Source of the DNA: an uncultured Terriglobales bacterium
GTDB taxonomy: Bacteria > Acidobacteriota > Terriglobia > Terriglobales > Acidobacteriaceae
NCBI GenBank assembly: GCA_964424245.1
Contig: CAYRII010000001.1
Span: forward strand, 1-41,636
DNA: 41,636 bases
Reading direction: 5' to 3'
Positions 21,906-30,982 of this stretch are shown here, piece by piece. The notes beneath the pieces are model-generated. The model did not search any database, was not told the origin of the DNA, and was given only the letters and a program-made list of their open reading frames with translations. The translations under genes were made by a program, and so were the position numbers. The stretch's first letter is position 1, and the number at the start of each line of letters is the position of its first letter.

Positions 21906-22024
21906 ACGGGAAAAATCGAAAAACGGGGTGACGCAATTGTCTCCAACCGGCGCTGGATAGTCAAACTACAAGGCATCGTTAAGGGCGGCCAACGCCATCC
22001 AAGTAGCAGCCGGGTGGGGATGGT

Positions 22025-22052
22025 GGAACAAAGCGGCGGCCGCAAGTGTCTA
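22025..22052 (+). promoter_or_regulatory. ECF-type (autoregulatory?) promoter upstream of the ECF sigma gene
   Basis: GGAAC (22025-22029), an 18-nt spacer, then GTCTA (22048-22052). It lies about 55 nt upstream of GTG 22109. This resembles the generic ECF GGAAC...GTC/CGT architecture. Confidence 0.4.
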
Positions 22053-22108
22053 TTCTTAGGAAGACCCAGGTCTGAAGGCTGGCTACAGCGGTGGCAGGAG
22101 CAACGAGC

Positions 22109-22834
22109 GTGGGCGACATAGCAAGCGCGTTGGGTGGGCGGGCGGAAGAAGCCGTCCTGGTGGCTGAGCTGAAGGCGGGCTCGGAAGGAGCCTACGAATG
22201 GCTGGTGGCGCGTTTTCACCAGCCAATCTACAGCCTGATCTATCGCATGGTGAGGGACCCGGCGGATGCAGCCGACACCACCCAAGAGGTCTTCCTGAAG
22301 GTCTATCGCGGCATCCATTCCTTCCACGGGGACGCCAGCCTGAAGACATGGATGTATCGCATCGCCATCCGCGAGGCTTCGAACCAGCGGCGCTGGTGGT
22401 CGCGGCACAAGGCGCGGGAGACCAGCATTGAGCCGCGCACGAGCACGGAGAGCGGAGCGGAAATGGCGGTGGGGCTCAAGGACACGCTGGCGGACGCTGC
22501 CGAATCTCCCTTGGACAATTGCATGCACGAGGAGATCCGCGCGCGCGTGGAACAAGAGCTGCAGCAATTGGCGGAGCCCTACCGCACAACGGTGATTCTG
22601 CGCGACATCGAAGAGCTTTCTTACGAGGAGATTGCCGAAGTCCTGAACGTGTCTCTGGGCACGGTGAAGTCGCGATTAATGCGCGGCCGCGACGCGCTGC
22701 GGAAGCGCTTGCAGAACTATCACAAGGAACTCGAACCGGGAGCCGGGCTAAGGCGCTGCGCCAAGCGGTGGGAAGCGGATTCGGGAGAGGCCGCCGAGGC
22801 GAAAGGCGCGATGAGATGCGAGGTGACGAAATGA
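22109..22834 (+). CDS. ECF-family RNA polymerase sigma factor
   Basis: I prefer GTG 22109 (8 nt after AGGAG) over GTG 22091. Region 2: DTTQEVFLKVYRGIHSF, WMYRIAIREASNQRR. Region 4.2: LSYEEIAEVLNVSLGTVKSRLMRGRDALRKRL. There is a C-terminal tail of about 45 aa. The stop overlaps the next ATG (ATGA). Confidence 0.85.
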   Translation: MGDIASALGGRAEEAVLVAELKAGSEGAYEWLVARFHQPIYSLIYRMVRDPADAADTTQEVFLKVYRGIHSFHGDASLKTWMYRIAIREASNQRRWWSRHKARETSIEPRTSTESGAEMAVGLKDTLADAAESPLDNCMHEEIRARVEQELQQLAEPYRTTVILRDIEELSYEEIAEVLNVSLGTVKSRLMRGRDALRKRLQNYHKELEPGAGLRRCAKRWEADSGEAAEAKGAMRCEVTK

Positions 22835-23499
22835 ACTGCGAAGGGCTGCGAACACAACTTTCTCCTTACCTGGACGGCGCGGTGACGGGCAGCGAAATGC
22901 TGGCCATCTCTCGCCACCTGGAGGGGTGCGCGGCTTGCCGGCGGGAATTTGAAGACCTGCGGCGCACCCAGGCCTGGGTTGCGGCGCTGGGGCCGAAGAA
23001 GGCGCCTCCGGAACTGGCTGTCCGTTTGCGTGTGGCATTGTCGCGGCAGGCCTCCATGAGCCTGCAGCGGCGCATGGAAGTGGGCATGCTTCGCCTGGAA
23101 GACGCGCTCAACGTCTTCATGCTGCCGGCGACGGCCGGACTGGTGAGTTCGGTGTTGATCTTCGGGATTCTGATTGGGCTCTTCGCTGCGCCGGCGCAAG
23201 TGGCCGGTGCGGCCGACGTTCCCACCATGCTGTACACGCCGCCGCAACTGAAGGCCTCTCCTTTTCCCCTAGTGGTGAACCCGTCGGGCGGGGAGACGCT
23301 GGTGGTGGAAACCTACGTGGACGCGAGCGGCCGCGTGCAGGACTACCGCATCCTGTCCGGCCCGGAGAATACGGAGGAGCTGCGCGCGCAATTGAACAAC
23401 ACCATGATTTTTACCGTGTTCCGCCCGGCAACGTCGTTCGGCCAGCCGGCGCCGGGGCGCGCGGTGATTTCGTTCTCCCGGGTGCAGGTCAAGGGCTAG
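22831..23499 (+). CDS. Membrane-anchored zinc-binding (ZAS, zf-HC2) anti-sigma factor
   Basis: MNCEGLRTQLSPYLDGAVTGSEMLAISRHLEGCAACRREF contains HxxxCxxC plus Cys3. It has a single TM (LPATAGLVSSVLIFGILIGLFAAP) and an extracytoplasmic C-terminal domain. Confidence 0.8.
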   Translation: MNCEGLRTQLSPYLDGAVTGSEMLAISRHLEGCAACRREFEDLRRTQAWVAALGPKKAPPELAVRLRVALSRQASMSLQRRMEVGMLRLEDALNVFMLPATAGLVSSVLIFGILIGLFAAPAQVAGAADVPTMLYTPPQLKASPFPLVVNPSGGETLVVETYVDASGRVQDYRILSGPENTEELRAQLNNTMIFTVFRPATSFGQPAPGRAVISFSRVQVKG

Positions 23500-23540
23500 G
23501 GGAAGGCGCAATTGACCCTGCGGCGACGACTCCCGTAAAC

Positions 23541-25109
23541 TTGGCAGGTCAACTCTCCCACCGCGGAAAAGACAATCAGGAGGCGGCGCTGGCCCTACTT
23601 TCCTCATCTGTTCGCGTCGCGCTGGTGTGCTCGCTGCTGACCACGGCGGGGCTGGCGCAACTGACCACGCGCGCCACGCTGGAGACGAGCGAAACGCTGT
23701 TTACCGTGCTGGCGGCGACGCAAACGTGCGTTCCCGGCGAGGATTCGGACGCTTCCCAGCCCCTGCGTGCAGCGGTAGCGCAAGATGTGGCGCAAGCGGG
23801 GAAGGGATCTGCCGCGGCCGCCAAGGCGCAGGCGCAGTTATGCCAGTTTTACCGCGACCACCGGCTGGCCGATCCCGGGCGCAATCTGTCGCAATACATC
23901 TCCCTGGCGCTGAACCTCACGGGGCCGCCATCGTTCGCACCCGCCATTAAGGAAGCGGACCTGCCTCCGGATGCGGCCTACGTCCTGGGAGTGGTTCCGC
24001 TCCTGGAGCGCTTTTACCAGGATGCCGGAATGGCAGCCGTATGGCAGAAGTACAAGCCCCAGTACGACCACATGGTGGAAGGACTGCACGCACCCGTGGC
24101 TCAAATGCTGCTGGAAGCCGACGTGTACCTGAAGCTGCAGTTTTCCGGGTACCTGGGGCGGAAGTTCGCCATCGTGGTGGAGCCGCTGCTGCCTTCAGGC
24201 CAGGTCAACGCGCGCAATTACGCTTCCGACTACTACGTGCTGCTCTCGCCGAGCGGAGGCACATTGCGATCCGAGCCCATCCGCCATACGTACCTGCACT
24301 ACGTGCTGGATCCACTGGCGTACAAGCGCGCCAACGCGCTGCGGCGGCTGGAGCCGCTCCTGGCGACGGTGAGAACAGCGCCGATGGATGACAGCTTCAA
24401 GTTCGACATCCTGCTGCTGACCACGGAGTCGCTGATCCGAGCCATCGAGGCGCGGAACCTGGCCGCGGAGCCGGAAGCCAAAAAGAAGCAGACGGAAGCG
24501 GCGCGGGAAGCTGTGGCCGAGGCGGCCATGCGCGAGGGCTTTGTGCTGACGCATTACTTTTTCGAGGCGCTGAAAGACTTTGAGAAAGACCCGGTAGGGT
24601 TACAGGATGCCTATCCGGCGTTCCTGCGCAACATCTGGGTGGACAGCGAAAAGAAACGCGCCTCCGAGGTAACCTTCGCCTCCCAGGCGACACCCGAACT
24701 GGTGCGCACCGCGGCGCCACGTACGGCAGCAGTGCTGGACCGCGCAGAAGAACAGCTCTCCCGCGGGGACGCGCGGGGCGCGCAACTGCTGGCCCAGAAG
24801 GCGCTGGAGGAGCGGTTGGAAGACCCGGCGCGGGCCTTGTTCATCCTGGCGCGCGCGGCCACGATGAGCCGCGACATGCAAGGCGCGCGAACCTACTTTG
24901 AACGCACCCTGGAGCTGGCGCGCGAACCGCGCCTGGTGGCCTGGGCGCACATTTATCTGGGACGGATCTTCGACTTGCAGGAGAATCGCGAGGCGGCTGT
25001 CTCGCATTATCGGGCCGCACTGGCTGCGGGCGATGGAACGCCGGACACAACCCTGGCGGCTGAACGGGGGCTGGAATCACCCTATGCGCCACCCACGCCA
25101 AGACCGTAA
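23541..25109 (+). CDS. Secreted protein of unknown function with C-terminal TPR-like repeats
   Basis: The N-terminus is signal-like (ALALLSSSVRVALVCSLLTTAGLAQ). The C-terminus is TPR-like (ARTYFERTLELAREPRLVAWAHIYLGRIFDLQENREAAVSHYRAAL). The start is uncertain: TTG 23541, or CTG 23589 following AGGAGG 23578-23583. Confidence 0.6.
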   Translation: MAGQLSHRGKDNQEAALALLSSSVRVALVCSLLTTAGLAQLTTRATLETSETLFTVLAATQTCVPGEDSDASQPLRAAVAQDVAQAGKGSAAAAKAQAQLCQFYRDHRLADPGRNLSQYISLALNLTGPPSFAPAIKEADLPPDAAYVLGVVPLLERFYQDAGMAAVWQKYKPQYDHMVEGLHAPVAQMLLEADVYLKLQFSGYLGRKFAIVVEPLLPSGQVNARNYASDYYVLLSPSGGTLRSEPIRHTYLHYVLDPLAYKRANALRRLEPLLATVRTAPMDDSFKFDILLLTTESLIRAIEARNLAAEPEAKKKQTEAAREAVAEAAMREGFVLTHYFFEALKDFEKDPVGLQDAYPAFLRNIWVDSEKKRASEVTFASQATPELVRTAAPRTAAVLDRAEEQLSRGDARGAQLLAQKALEERLEDPARALFILARAATMSRDMQGARTYFERTLELAREPRLVAWAHIYLGRIFDLQENREAAVSHYRAALAAGDGTPDTTLAAERGLESPYAPPTPRP

Positions 25110-25180
25110 CGCAACATTAACCGGACCACCGCAAAGCGGGTTGCCACGCGGGATCCACGACTAAACCCGAAGGAGACAGA

Positions 25181-26029
25181 ATGACGAAGCAGATTGCAAG
25201 GACCCTGGCGATGGCGATGGTCTTGGCGCCCATAGCGATTGCTCAAACCACGGGAGGAACCGAGACGCAGGTCACTGCTCCCGCTCCGCGCAAAGTCCTC
25301 CAAGCCAAGACGCAGGAGGAACACACGGCTTTCCTGGCGGCCATGAACGACCCCGACCCGGCTGCGGGCGAAGCGGCGGCCCGGCTGTTCGCAGAACAGT
25401 ACCCGGACAGCGACCTGAAAGGCATCCTTTTCGGCATGCTCCAGCGCAAGTATCAGGCGGCGGGAAACGAGGAGAAGGTGATGGACATGGGCCGCATGGC
25501 GTTGCAGTTTGATCCGGACAACACCATCGTCTTAGTGGTGACCTCCACCCAGATCGCCGAACGAACCCGGGACACCGATCTGGACCGCGACGAGCGTTAC
25601 GCGGAAGCGGTTCAAATGGCGCAACACGCCATTGACTCGGTTGAAACCGGGCTGGTCCTGGGACCGCAGGTAACGACGGAGCAGGTGGAGTCGGTGAAAA
25701 AGGATCTGCTGGCACGGGCCCATGCGGTGCTGGGCATGGTTTCCATGACGCAAAAGAACTATGCCAGCGCCGAAGGCCACTTCCGTACGGCGACGGAGTT
25801 GAACCAGGAGCAACCCGACCCTTACATCTGGTACCGGCTGGCGCTGTGCATGGACTACCAGAAAAAGTACGCGGAGGCACTGGTGGCGGCGAATCGCGCG
25901 GTGGAATTGGCACCCGCAGGGGATCCGATCAACACCCTGGCGAAGCAGGAGCAGAACCGCCTGACCAAGCTGGTGGCAGCGAGCGCTCCCAAGCCGGCCG
26001 CGGAAACCACGCCGAAGAGCCAGCCCTAG
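25181..26029 (+). CDS. Secreted TPR-like repeat protein
   Basis: AAGGAG lies upstream of ATG 25181. The signal-like N-terminus is MTKQIARTLAMAMVLAPIAIAQ. The body is built of helical repeats. Confidence 0.65.
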   Translation: MTKQIARTLAMAMVLAPIAIAQTTGGTETQVTAPAPRKVLQAKTQEEHTAFLAAMNDPDPAAGEAAARLFAEQYPDSDLKGILFGMLQRKYQAAGNEEKVMDMGRMALQFDPDNTIVLVVTSTQIAERTRDTDLDRDERYAEAVQMAQHAIDSVETGLVLGPQVTTEQVESVKKDLLARAHAVLGMVSMTQKNYASAEGHFRTATELNQEQPDPYIWYRLALCMDYQKKYAEALVAANRAVELAPAGDPINTLAKQEQNRLTKLVAASAPKPAAETTPKSQP

Positions 26030-26060
26030 CGAGCAGCACCGAGGGTCGGCGTTTGCTGCG

Positions 26061-26825
26061 ATGCGCCGGGACATGAAGCCAGGCAACTCCAACGCGCTAG
26101 AGGAGGTGTTGGGACACGTTTTCCTGCGGCCCGAACTGTTGGAACAAGCGCTGACCCACAGCTCGCACGCCCACGAGCGGGAACCGGCCCGCGGCCTAGA
26201 CAACGAGCAGCTTGAGTTTTTGGGTGATGCGGTGCTGAGCCTGGTGGTGAGCGAGGAACTGATGGAACGCTTTCCGCAACACCACGAGGGGCATCTCTCC
26301 CGGATGCGGGCCCACCTGGTAAGCGCCAGCCATCTGGCAGAGGTGGCGGGGCGGATGGGACTGGGCCGGTACCTGCGGCTGGGCCGGGGCGAGGAAAAGA
26401 GCGGAGGCCGGAGCAAGTCCGCCCTTCTGGTAAATACGCTGGAAGCCGTCCTGGGCGCTTTGTACCTGGACGACGGCCTGGAAACGGCGCGCACGTTTGT
26501 CCGCACCCACATCCTGGAAACTGAGCTGAGGCGCATGGCACGCCGGGCGGCGCAGGGAGAGGCGCTGGCCGACCCCAAGTCGGTGTTGCAGGAGTTCCTG
26601 CAGGGTCAGAAGCTGCCGCAACCCAGCTACGCCACGGTGAAGGAAGAGGGCCCGGAGCACAAGAAAATCTTTACCGTGGAAGTGCGCATCCAATTTCCCG
26701 GGGGAAACGGAGAGAGGGCGTACCGGGCCAAGGGACCCACCAAGAAGATTGGGGAGCAGGAGGCGGCGCGAAAAGCGCTGAAAAAGCTGAAGGCCGCCGC
26801 GGCAACAGCGCCACGCGCACGCTGA
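26061..26825 (+). CDS. rnc: Ribonuclease III
   Basis: It has the RNase III signature LEFLGDAVLSLVVSEEL and a C-terminal dsRBD (DPKSVLQEFLQGQKLPQPSYATVKEEGPEHKKIFTVEV). Confidence 0.92.
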   Translation: MRRDMKPGNSNALEEVLGHVFLRPELLEQALTHSSHAHEREPARGLDNEQLEFLGDAVLSLVVSEELMERFPQHHEGHLSRMRAHLVSASHLAEVAGRMGLGRYLRLGRGEEKSGGRSKSALLVNTLEAVLGALYLDDGLETARTFVRTHILETELRRMARRAAQGEALADPKSVLQEFLQGQKLPQPSYATVKEEGPEHKKIFTVEVRIQFPGGNGERAYRAKGPTKKIGEQEAARKALKKLKAAAATAPRAR

Positions 26826-26849
26826 GAGCGGCGGCGCGAACGAGGACCA

Positions 26850-27620
26850 GTGAGCGAACCGGAAACCATGCCGAGCAGCGACCCGGAGCCGCAGGACCAT
26901 GGCGGCGTGCTGGCTTCCATCCAGTCCGTGGCGGGCACCACGGTGATCGCGGTGTTCATTATCACGTTTCTGGTACAGGCCTTTCAGATTCCCTCCGAGT
27001 CCATGGAGAACACGCTGCTGATCGGCGATTACCTGCTGGTGGACAAAGTGCAGTTTGCACCCAAAGGATTCTGGGGAAGGCTCCTGCCCTATCGGGAGGT
27101 GGAGCAGGGAGACATCGTGGTGTTCCGCTACCCGGTGCGGCCGGCGGAACACTTCGTCAAGCGAGTGGTGGCGCTGCCTGGAGACCGTTTGCACCTGGAG
27201 AACCGACAGCTCTTTGTGAATGGGCAGCCGCTGCTGGAACGCTACACCATCCATAAGGGAACGGGGCGAGACGCATACCGGGACAATTTTCCCAGATCCG
27301 GCTCTCCAGCGCTGAACATGGATGCGCGGTGGTGGCAGGAGATGCGCAGGCAAATGCAGGACGGAGAGCTGGTGGTGCCGGAAGGCAAGTTCTTTGTGCT
27401 GGGTGACAATCGAGATGAGAGTCTGGACAGCCGCTATTGGGGCTTTGTGCCGCGGGAAAACATTGTGGGGCGGCCGCTCTTGATTTACTGGTCGGTGGAC
27501 GCCGCACCGGGGAACGGCGCGGCTGCATCCGCAGATGGTACACTTTCTACTGTCGTAAGCAGCGTGACACACCTCATCCAAGGAGCCCGCTGGAACCGCA
27601 CCTTCCGTATCGTGCGGTGA
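26850..27620 (+). CDS. lepB: Signal peptidase I (copy 1)
   Basis: Motifs: Ser box IPSESMENTLLIGDYLLVDK, Lys box VKRVVALPGDRL, and GDNRDESLDSRYWGFVPRENIVGRP. Confidence 0.9.
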   Translation: MSEPETMPSSDPEPQDHGGVLASIQSVAGTTVIAVFIITFLVQAFQIPSESMENTLLIGDYLLVDKVQFAPKGFWGRLLPYREVEQGDIVVFRYPVRPAEHFVKRVVALPGDRLHLENRQLFVNGQPLLERYTIHKGTGRDAYRDNFPRSGSPALNMDARWWQEMRRQMQDGELVVPEGKFFVLGDNRDESLDSRYWGFVPRENIVGRPLLIYWSVDAAPGNGAAASADGTLSTVVSSVTHLIQGARWNRTFRIVR

Positions 27621-27660
27621 GAAACCAGCGTGGCGCTCCGAGGAGCAGGACAGCAAGCCC

Positions 27661-28407
27661 TTGCCCCAGAAAGAAGAAAAACACAGCGAAACCAAGATGG
27701 AGTTCCTGGGCTCGATGGCCGTGGTTCTGGCCACCGGTCTGTTCATCATCACCTTTAATCTGCAGGCGTTTGAGATTCCCTCCAGTTCCATGGAGAACAC
27801 GCTGCTGATCGGCGACCACGTATTCGTGGATCGCATCAGCTACGCGCCGGCCACAGCCTGGACCGGCCCTCTGGTGCCCTACCGCGAGGTGCGGCACGGA
27901 GACATCGTGGTATTCCTTTCGCCGGCGGAGTCCGGGCTCTACGTGGTGAAGCGCGTGGTGGGCGTGCCCGGCGACCGCATCCATCTGCGCAATGGCGAGT
28001 TCTACCGCAACGGCGAGCCCCAGCAGGAGCCGTACGTGGTGCGGCAGGGCACCTACCATCCATATCGGGACAACTTTCCCATGGTTCCCCCCACAATGGG
28101 CAACGTGACGGCGGAGTGGCAGTTCGCTCTGTCGTCCTATATCGACGGAGAAAATCTGGTAGTGCCGGACGGTCAGTACTTCGTGATGGGCGATAACCGC
28201 GAAGCCAGCTACGACAGCCGGTACTGGGGATTTGTGCCGCGGGAGAACATCATCGGGCGGCCCATGTTCATCTATTGGTCGTTCGAGACGCCGCCGGGAC
28301 AGTACACCAAGACCAGCATGAAGGAGCGCCTGGGCCACGCCTTCCACGTAGTGATTCATATCTTCGACCAGACGCGCTGGCGCCGCACCTTCAAGCTGGT
28401 GCGCTGA
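27661..28407 (+). CDS. lepB: Signal peptidase I (copy 2, tandem paralogue)
   Basis: Motifs: IPSSSMENTLLIGDHVFVDR, VKRVVGVPGDRI, GDNREASYDSRYWGFVPRENIIGRP. The start is TTG 27661 or ATG 27697. The stop shares a base with the next ATG (TGATG, 28405-28409). Confidence 0.88.
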   Translation: MPQKEEKHSETKMEFLGSMAVVLATGLFIITFNLQAFEIPSSSMENTLLIGDHVFVDRISYAPATAWTGPLVPYREVRHGDIVVFLSPAESGLYVVKRVVGVPGDRIHLRNGEFYRNGEPQQEPYVVRQGTYHPYRDNFPMVPPTMGNVTAEWQFALSSYIDGENLVVPDGQYFVMGDNREASYDSRYWGFVPRENIIGRPMFIYWSFETPPGQYTKTSMKERLGHAFHVVIHIFDQTRWRRTFKLVR

Positions 28408-30920
28408 TGGCCGCTCGCACCATGGGAAGGCGCGCCGCTGTGGCGCTGGCCGTGTTGGGACTGGCGGCCCTGCTGGGGCCTCCTTTTTTCAACGCCAACC
28501 GCTTCAAGGGGCGCCTGGTGTCCGCGATGGAAGCGGCATTGGGACGGCCTGTTGCGGTGGACGAAGTTACCCTGCGACTGCTCCCCCGCCCCGGGTTTGA
28601 CCTCAAGAACCTGGTGGTATCCGACGTTCCGGAGTTTGGCGCCGAACCCTTGCTGCGCGCCACGGAGGTAACGGCTTCGCTGCGCCTGACGTCGCTGTGG
28701 CGCGGGCGCATGGAAATCGCGCACCTCAGCCTGGCCGAGCCCAGCCTGAACCTGGTGCGCTCGGCAGAAGGGCGCTGGAACCTGGAGTCGCTGCTGGCGC
28801 ACGCGGCGCAGGCACCGGTGGCGCCTACGGGGCTGGTGCGCGCCGAAACGCGCCCGCGCTTTCCCTACATCGAGGCCGATGACGGGCGCATCAACTTCAA
28901 ACTGGGCCAGGAAAAGAAGGCTTTCGCCCTGAGCGAAGCCGAGTTCGCTTTGTGGCTGGAATCGGAAGAAGCCTGGGGGGTGCGGCTGGAAGGACGGCCG
29001 GTGCGCACGGACGCCAATCTGACCGACACGGGAACTTTCCGGCTGCGCGGGACGCTGGGGCGGGCACCGAGCTTGCCGGAAACTGCGCTACAGTTTGACC
29101 TGGAGCTGGAAAAAGCGCAGCTGGGCCAGCTTTCGCATCTGCTGCTGGGGCGGGACAGCGGATGGCGCGGCGCTCTGCAGCTGGCGGTGAGCGTATCGGG
29201 CTTGTTGCGCGAGCTGGAGGTGCGCTCCTCCGCGGAGGTGCGCGACTTCCGGCGCCTGGACTTGGTGGGAGGCACGGGGCTGCATTCCGTTGCGCAATGC
29301 ACAGGACGCTACCGCGCCCAAGGAGAGTCGCTGGAGGGCATTGCCTGCCTCATGCCCGCGGAAAACGGCGACCTGGCATTGCGCGGAACGATTGCAGGAA
29401 TATTTGAACACCGCCGCTACGATCTGACGCTGGCGGCGCGCGAACTTTCGATGAATTCCCTGGCGCAGCTGGCGCGCCGCGCCAAGAGCAACCTGCCGGA
29501 AGACATCTCCGCTGCGGGAGTTCTCAATGCGGCATTCACGCTGCGATCGCACGAGGATGGCAACCTGCATTGGGAAGGCGGCGGCGCCGTTGCCGGATTT
29601 CGCCTGCGCACCAGCCTTCTCCCCACCGAACTGGTTCCCGGGGAAGTGAAGTTTACGGTGGAAGACGACCTGTCGCGAACCGGCAGGAAGAAGAGGCCGA
29701 AGCGCGAAGGATCCCGGCTGGTGGCAGCGGCGCGGGTGCCGCTCGGCGGGCCGGCGCCCATCGCGGTCCAGTCCTACCTGACATCATCCGACTACCGCGT
29801 GGAGTTGCACGGCGAGGCCGACGTTCCGAGCCTGGCGCGAGCGGCGGCATCGCTGGGACTTCCTCTTCCCCTGACGCCGACCAAAGGTCGCGCCAAGGTT
29901 GACCTGGCCGTTTCCGGACGGTGGGCAGGATTTGCCGCGCCCATGGTGACGGGCCGGGCATTGCTGCGGCAGACGCGACTCCAGCCAGCGGGGTTGGCGG
30001 CGGCGCTGGAAATTGCCGAGGGAGAGTTGCTGTTGACGCACGCCGAAGCACAACTTCGCAACTTTTCTGCCAGCGTTCCGGCGGCTCGCTTGAATTTCAC
30101 GGGAAGTGTGGCCCGCAACCGTCGCTGCGAATCTCCCTGCGTGCTGCTGCTGCGCGTTTCTCTGCAGGCCTCGGACCTGGCCACCGATGAACTGAACCGG
30201 CTGCTTAACCCCCGTCTTCAGGACAAGTCCTGGTTCGGGCTGGGAGGCGGCAAGCCGGCTGAAGGCGCGCTCTCCCGGGTGCGCGCGGAGGGCCGCATCA
30301 CGGCGCAGCGCGTGCGCATCAAGTCCCTGGAAGCTACGCGCTTTTCGGCGCAGGTGGAGTGGAAGGACGGCAAGCTCACGCTGCAGGACGTGGAAGCAGA
30401 TTTGCTCGGCGGGCAGCAGCGTGACGGACGATGGACGGCGGACTTTACCGGCGCGCAGCCTGGCTACGAGGGAGCCGCCGTGCTGAGCGACATTTCGATG
30501 GAGCAAGCGAGCCGGGTGATGCGCACACCGTGGGCCACGGGAGAAGTCTCCGGAAGGATCGAACTGCAGACGCGAGGATGGGACGCCGCGGAACTGGCGC
30601 AATCGGCCACGGGCAGCGGCGAATTGCGGTGGCGCAACGGCTCGTTTCTGCGCTTGCGGCTTCCCAGTGCGACCTCACCGCTGCAATGGCGGCGGCTGGA
30701 TGCCAGTCTTACGCTGCGCGACGGGCAGTTCACCCTCGCCGAAGGGAAGATGGACACGCCATCGGGGCGCTTCGAGGTCAGCGGTACCGCCACGCTGGGC
30801 CGCGAGCTGGATTTAAAGCTGCTGCGCGAGGGCGCCGAATCTTTTGCCGTTACCGGCACGCTGTCCGAACCCAAGGCTGCATTCCTGCGCGGCACCCGCG
30901 CTGCGCTGCCTCTGCGCTAA
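28407..30920 (+). CDS. AsmA-family outer-membrane biogenesis protein
   Basis: The start is MAARTMGRRAAVALAVLGLAALLGPPFFNANRFKGRLVSAMEAALGRPVAVDEVTLRLLPRPGFDLKNLVVSD, a typical AsmA N-terminus. It has a long beta-rich body and a C-terminal AsmA-like end. I rejected the track start at 28275 because it overlaps lepB. Confidence 0.75.
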   Translation: MAARTMGRRAAVALAVLGLAALLGPPFFNANRFKGRLVSAMEAALGRPVAVDEVTLRLLPRPGFDLKNLVVSDVPEFGAEPLLRATEVTASLRLTSLWRGRMEIAHLSLAEPSLNLVRSAEGRWNLESLLAHAAQAPVAPTGLVRAETRPRFPYIEADDGRINFKLGQEKKAFALSEAEFALWLESEEAWGVRLEGRPVRTDANLTDTGTFRLRGTLGRAPSLPETALQFDLELEKAQLGQLSHLLLGRDSGWRGALQLAVSVSGLLRELEVRSSAEVRDFRRLDLVGGTGLHSVAQCTGRYRAQGESLEGIACLMPAENGDLALRGTIAGIFEHRRYDLTLAARELSMNSLAQLARRAKSNLPEDISAAGVLNAAFTLRSHEDGNLHWEGGGAVAGFRLRTSLLPTELVPGEVKFTVEDDLSRTGRKKRPKREGSRLVAAARVPLGGPAPIAVQSYLTSSDYRVELHGEADVPSLARAAASLGLPLPLTPTKGRAKVDLAVSGRWAGFAAPMVTGRALLRQTRLQPAGLAAALEIAEGELLLTHAEAQLRNFSASVPAARLNFTGSVARNRRCESPCVLLLRVSLQASDLATDELNRLLNPRLQDKSWFGLGGGKPAEGALSRVRAEGRITAQRVRIKSLEATRFSAQVEWKDGKLTLQDVEADLLGGQQRDGRWTADFTGAQPGYEGAAVLSDISMEQASRVMRTPWATGEVSGRIELQTRGWDAAELAQSATGSGELRWRNGSFLRLRLPSATSPLQWRRLDASLTLRDGQFTLAEGKMDTPSGRFEVSGTATLGRELDLKLLREGAESFAVTGTLSEPKAAFLRGTRAALPLR

Positions 30921-30982
30921 CTCGCCGCCTCCGAGGCCCTGTGTTATGTTGAACGATTGGAAGGTGGAACCAGCGAGGCCCT

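Noticed and set aside
21579-22108. tRNA-Ala as the integration site of a genomic island.
   Set aside because: There is no integrase, no duplicated tRNA 3' segment (att-like direct repeat) and no compositional break on either side. The flanking genes (PilZ protein, ECF module) have the same high GC as the core.
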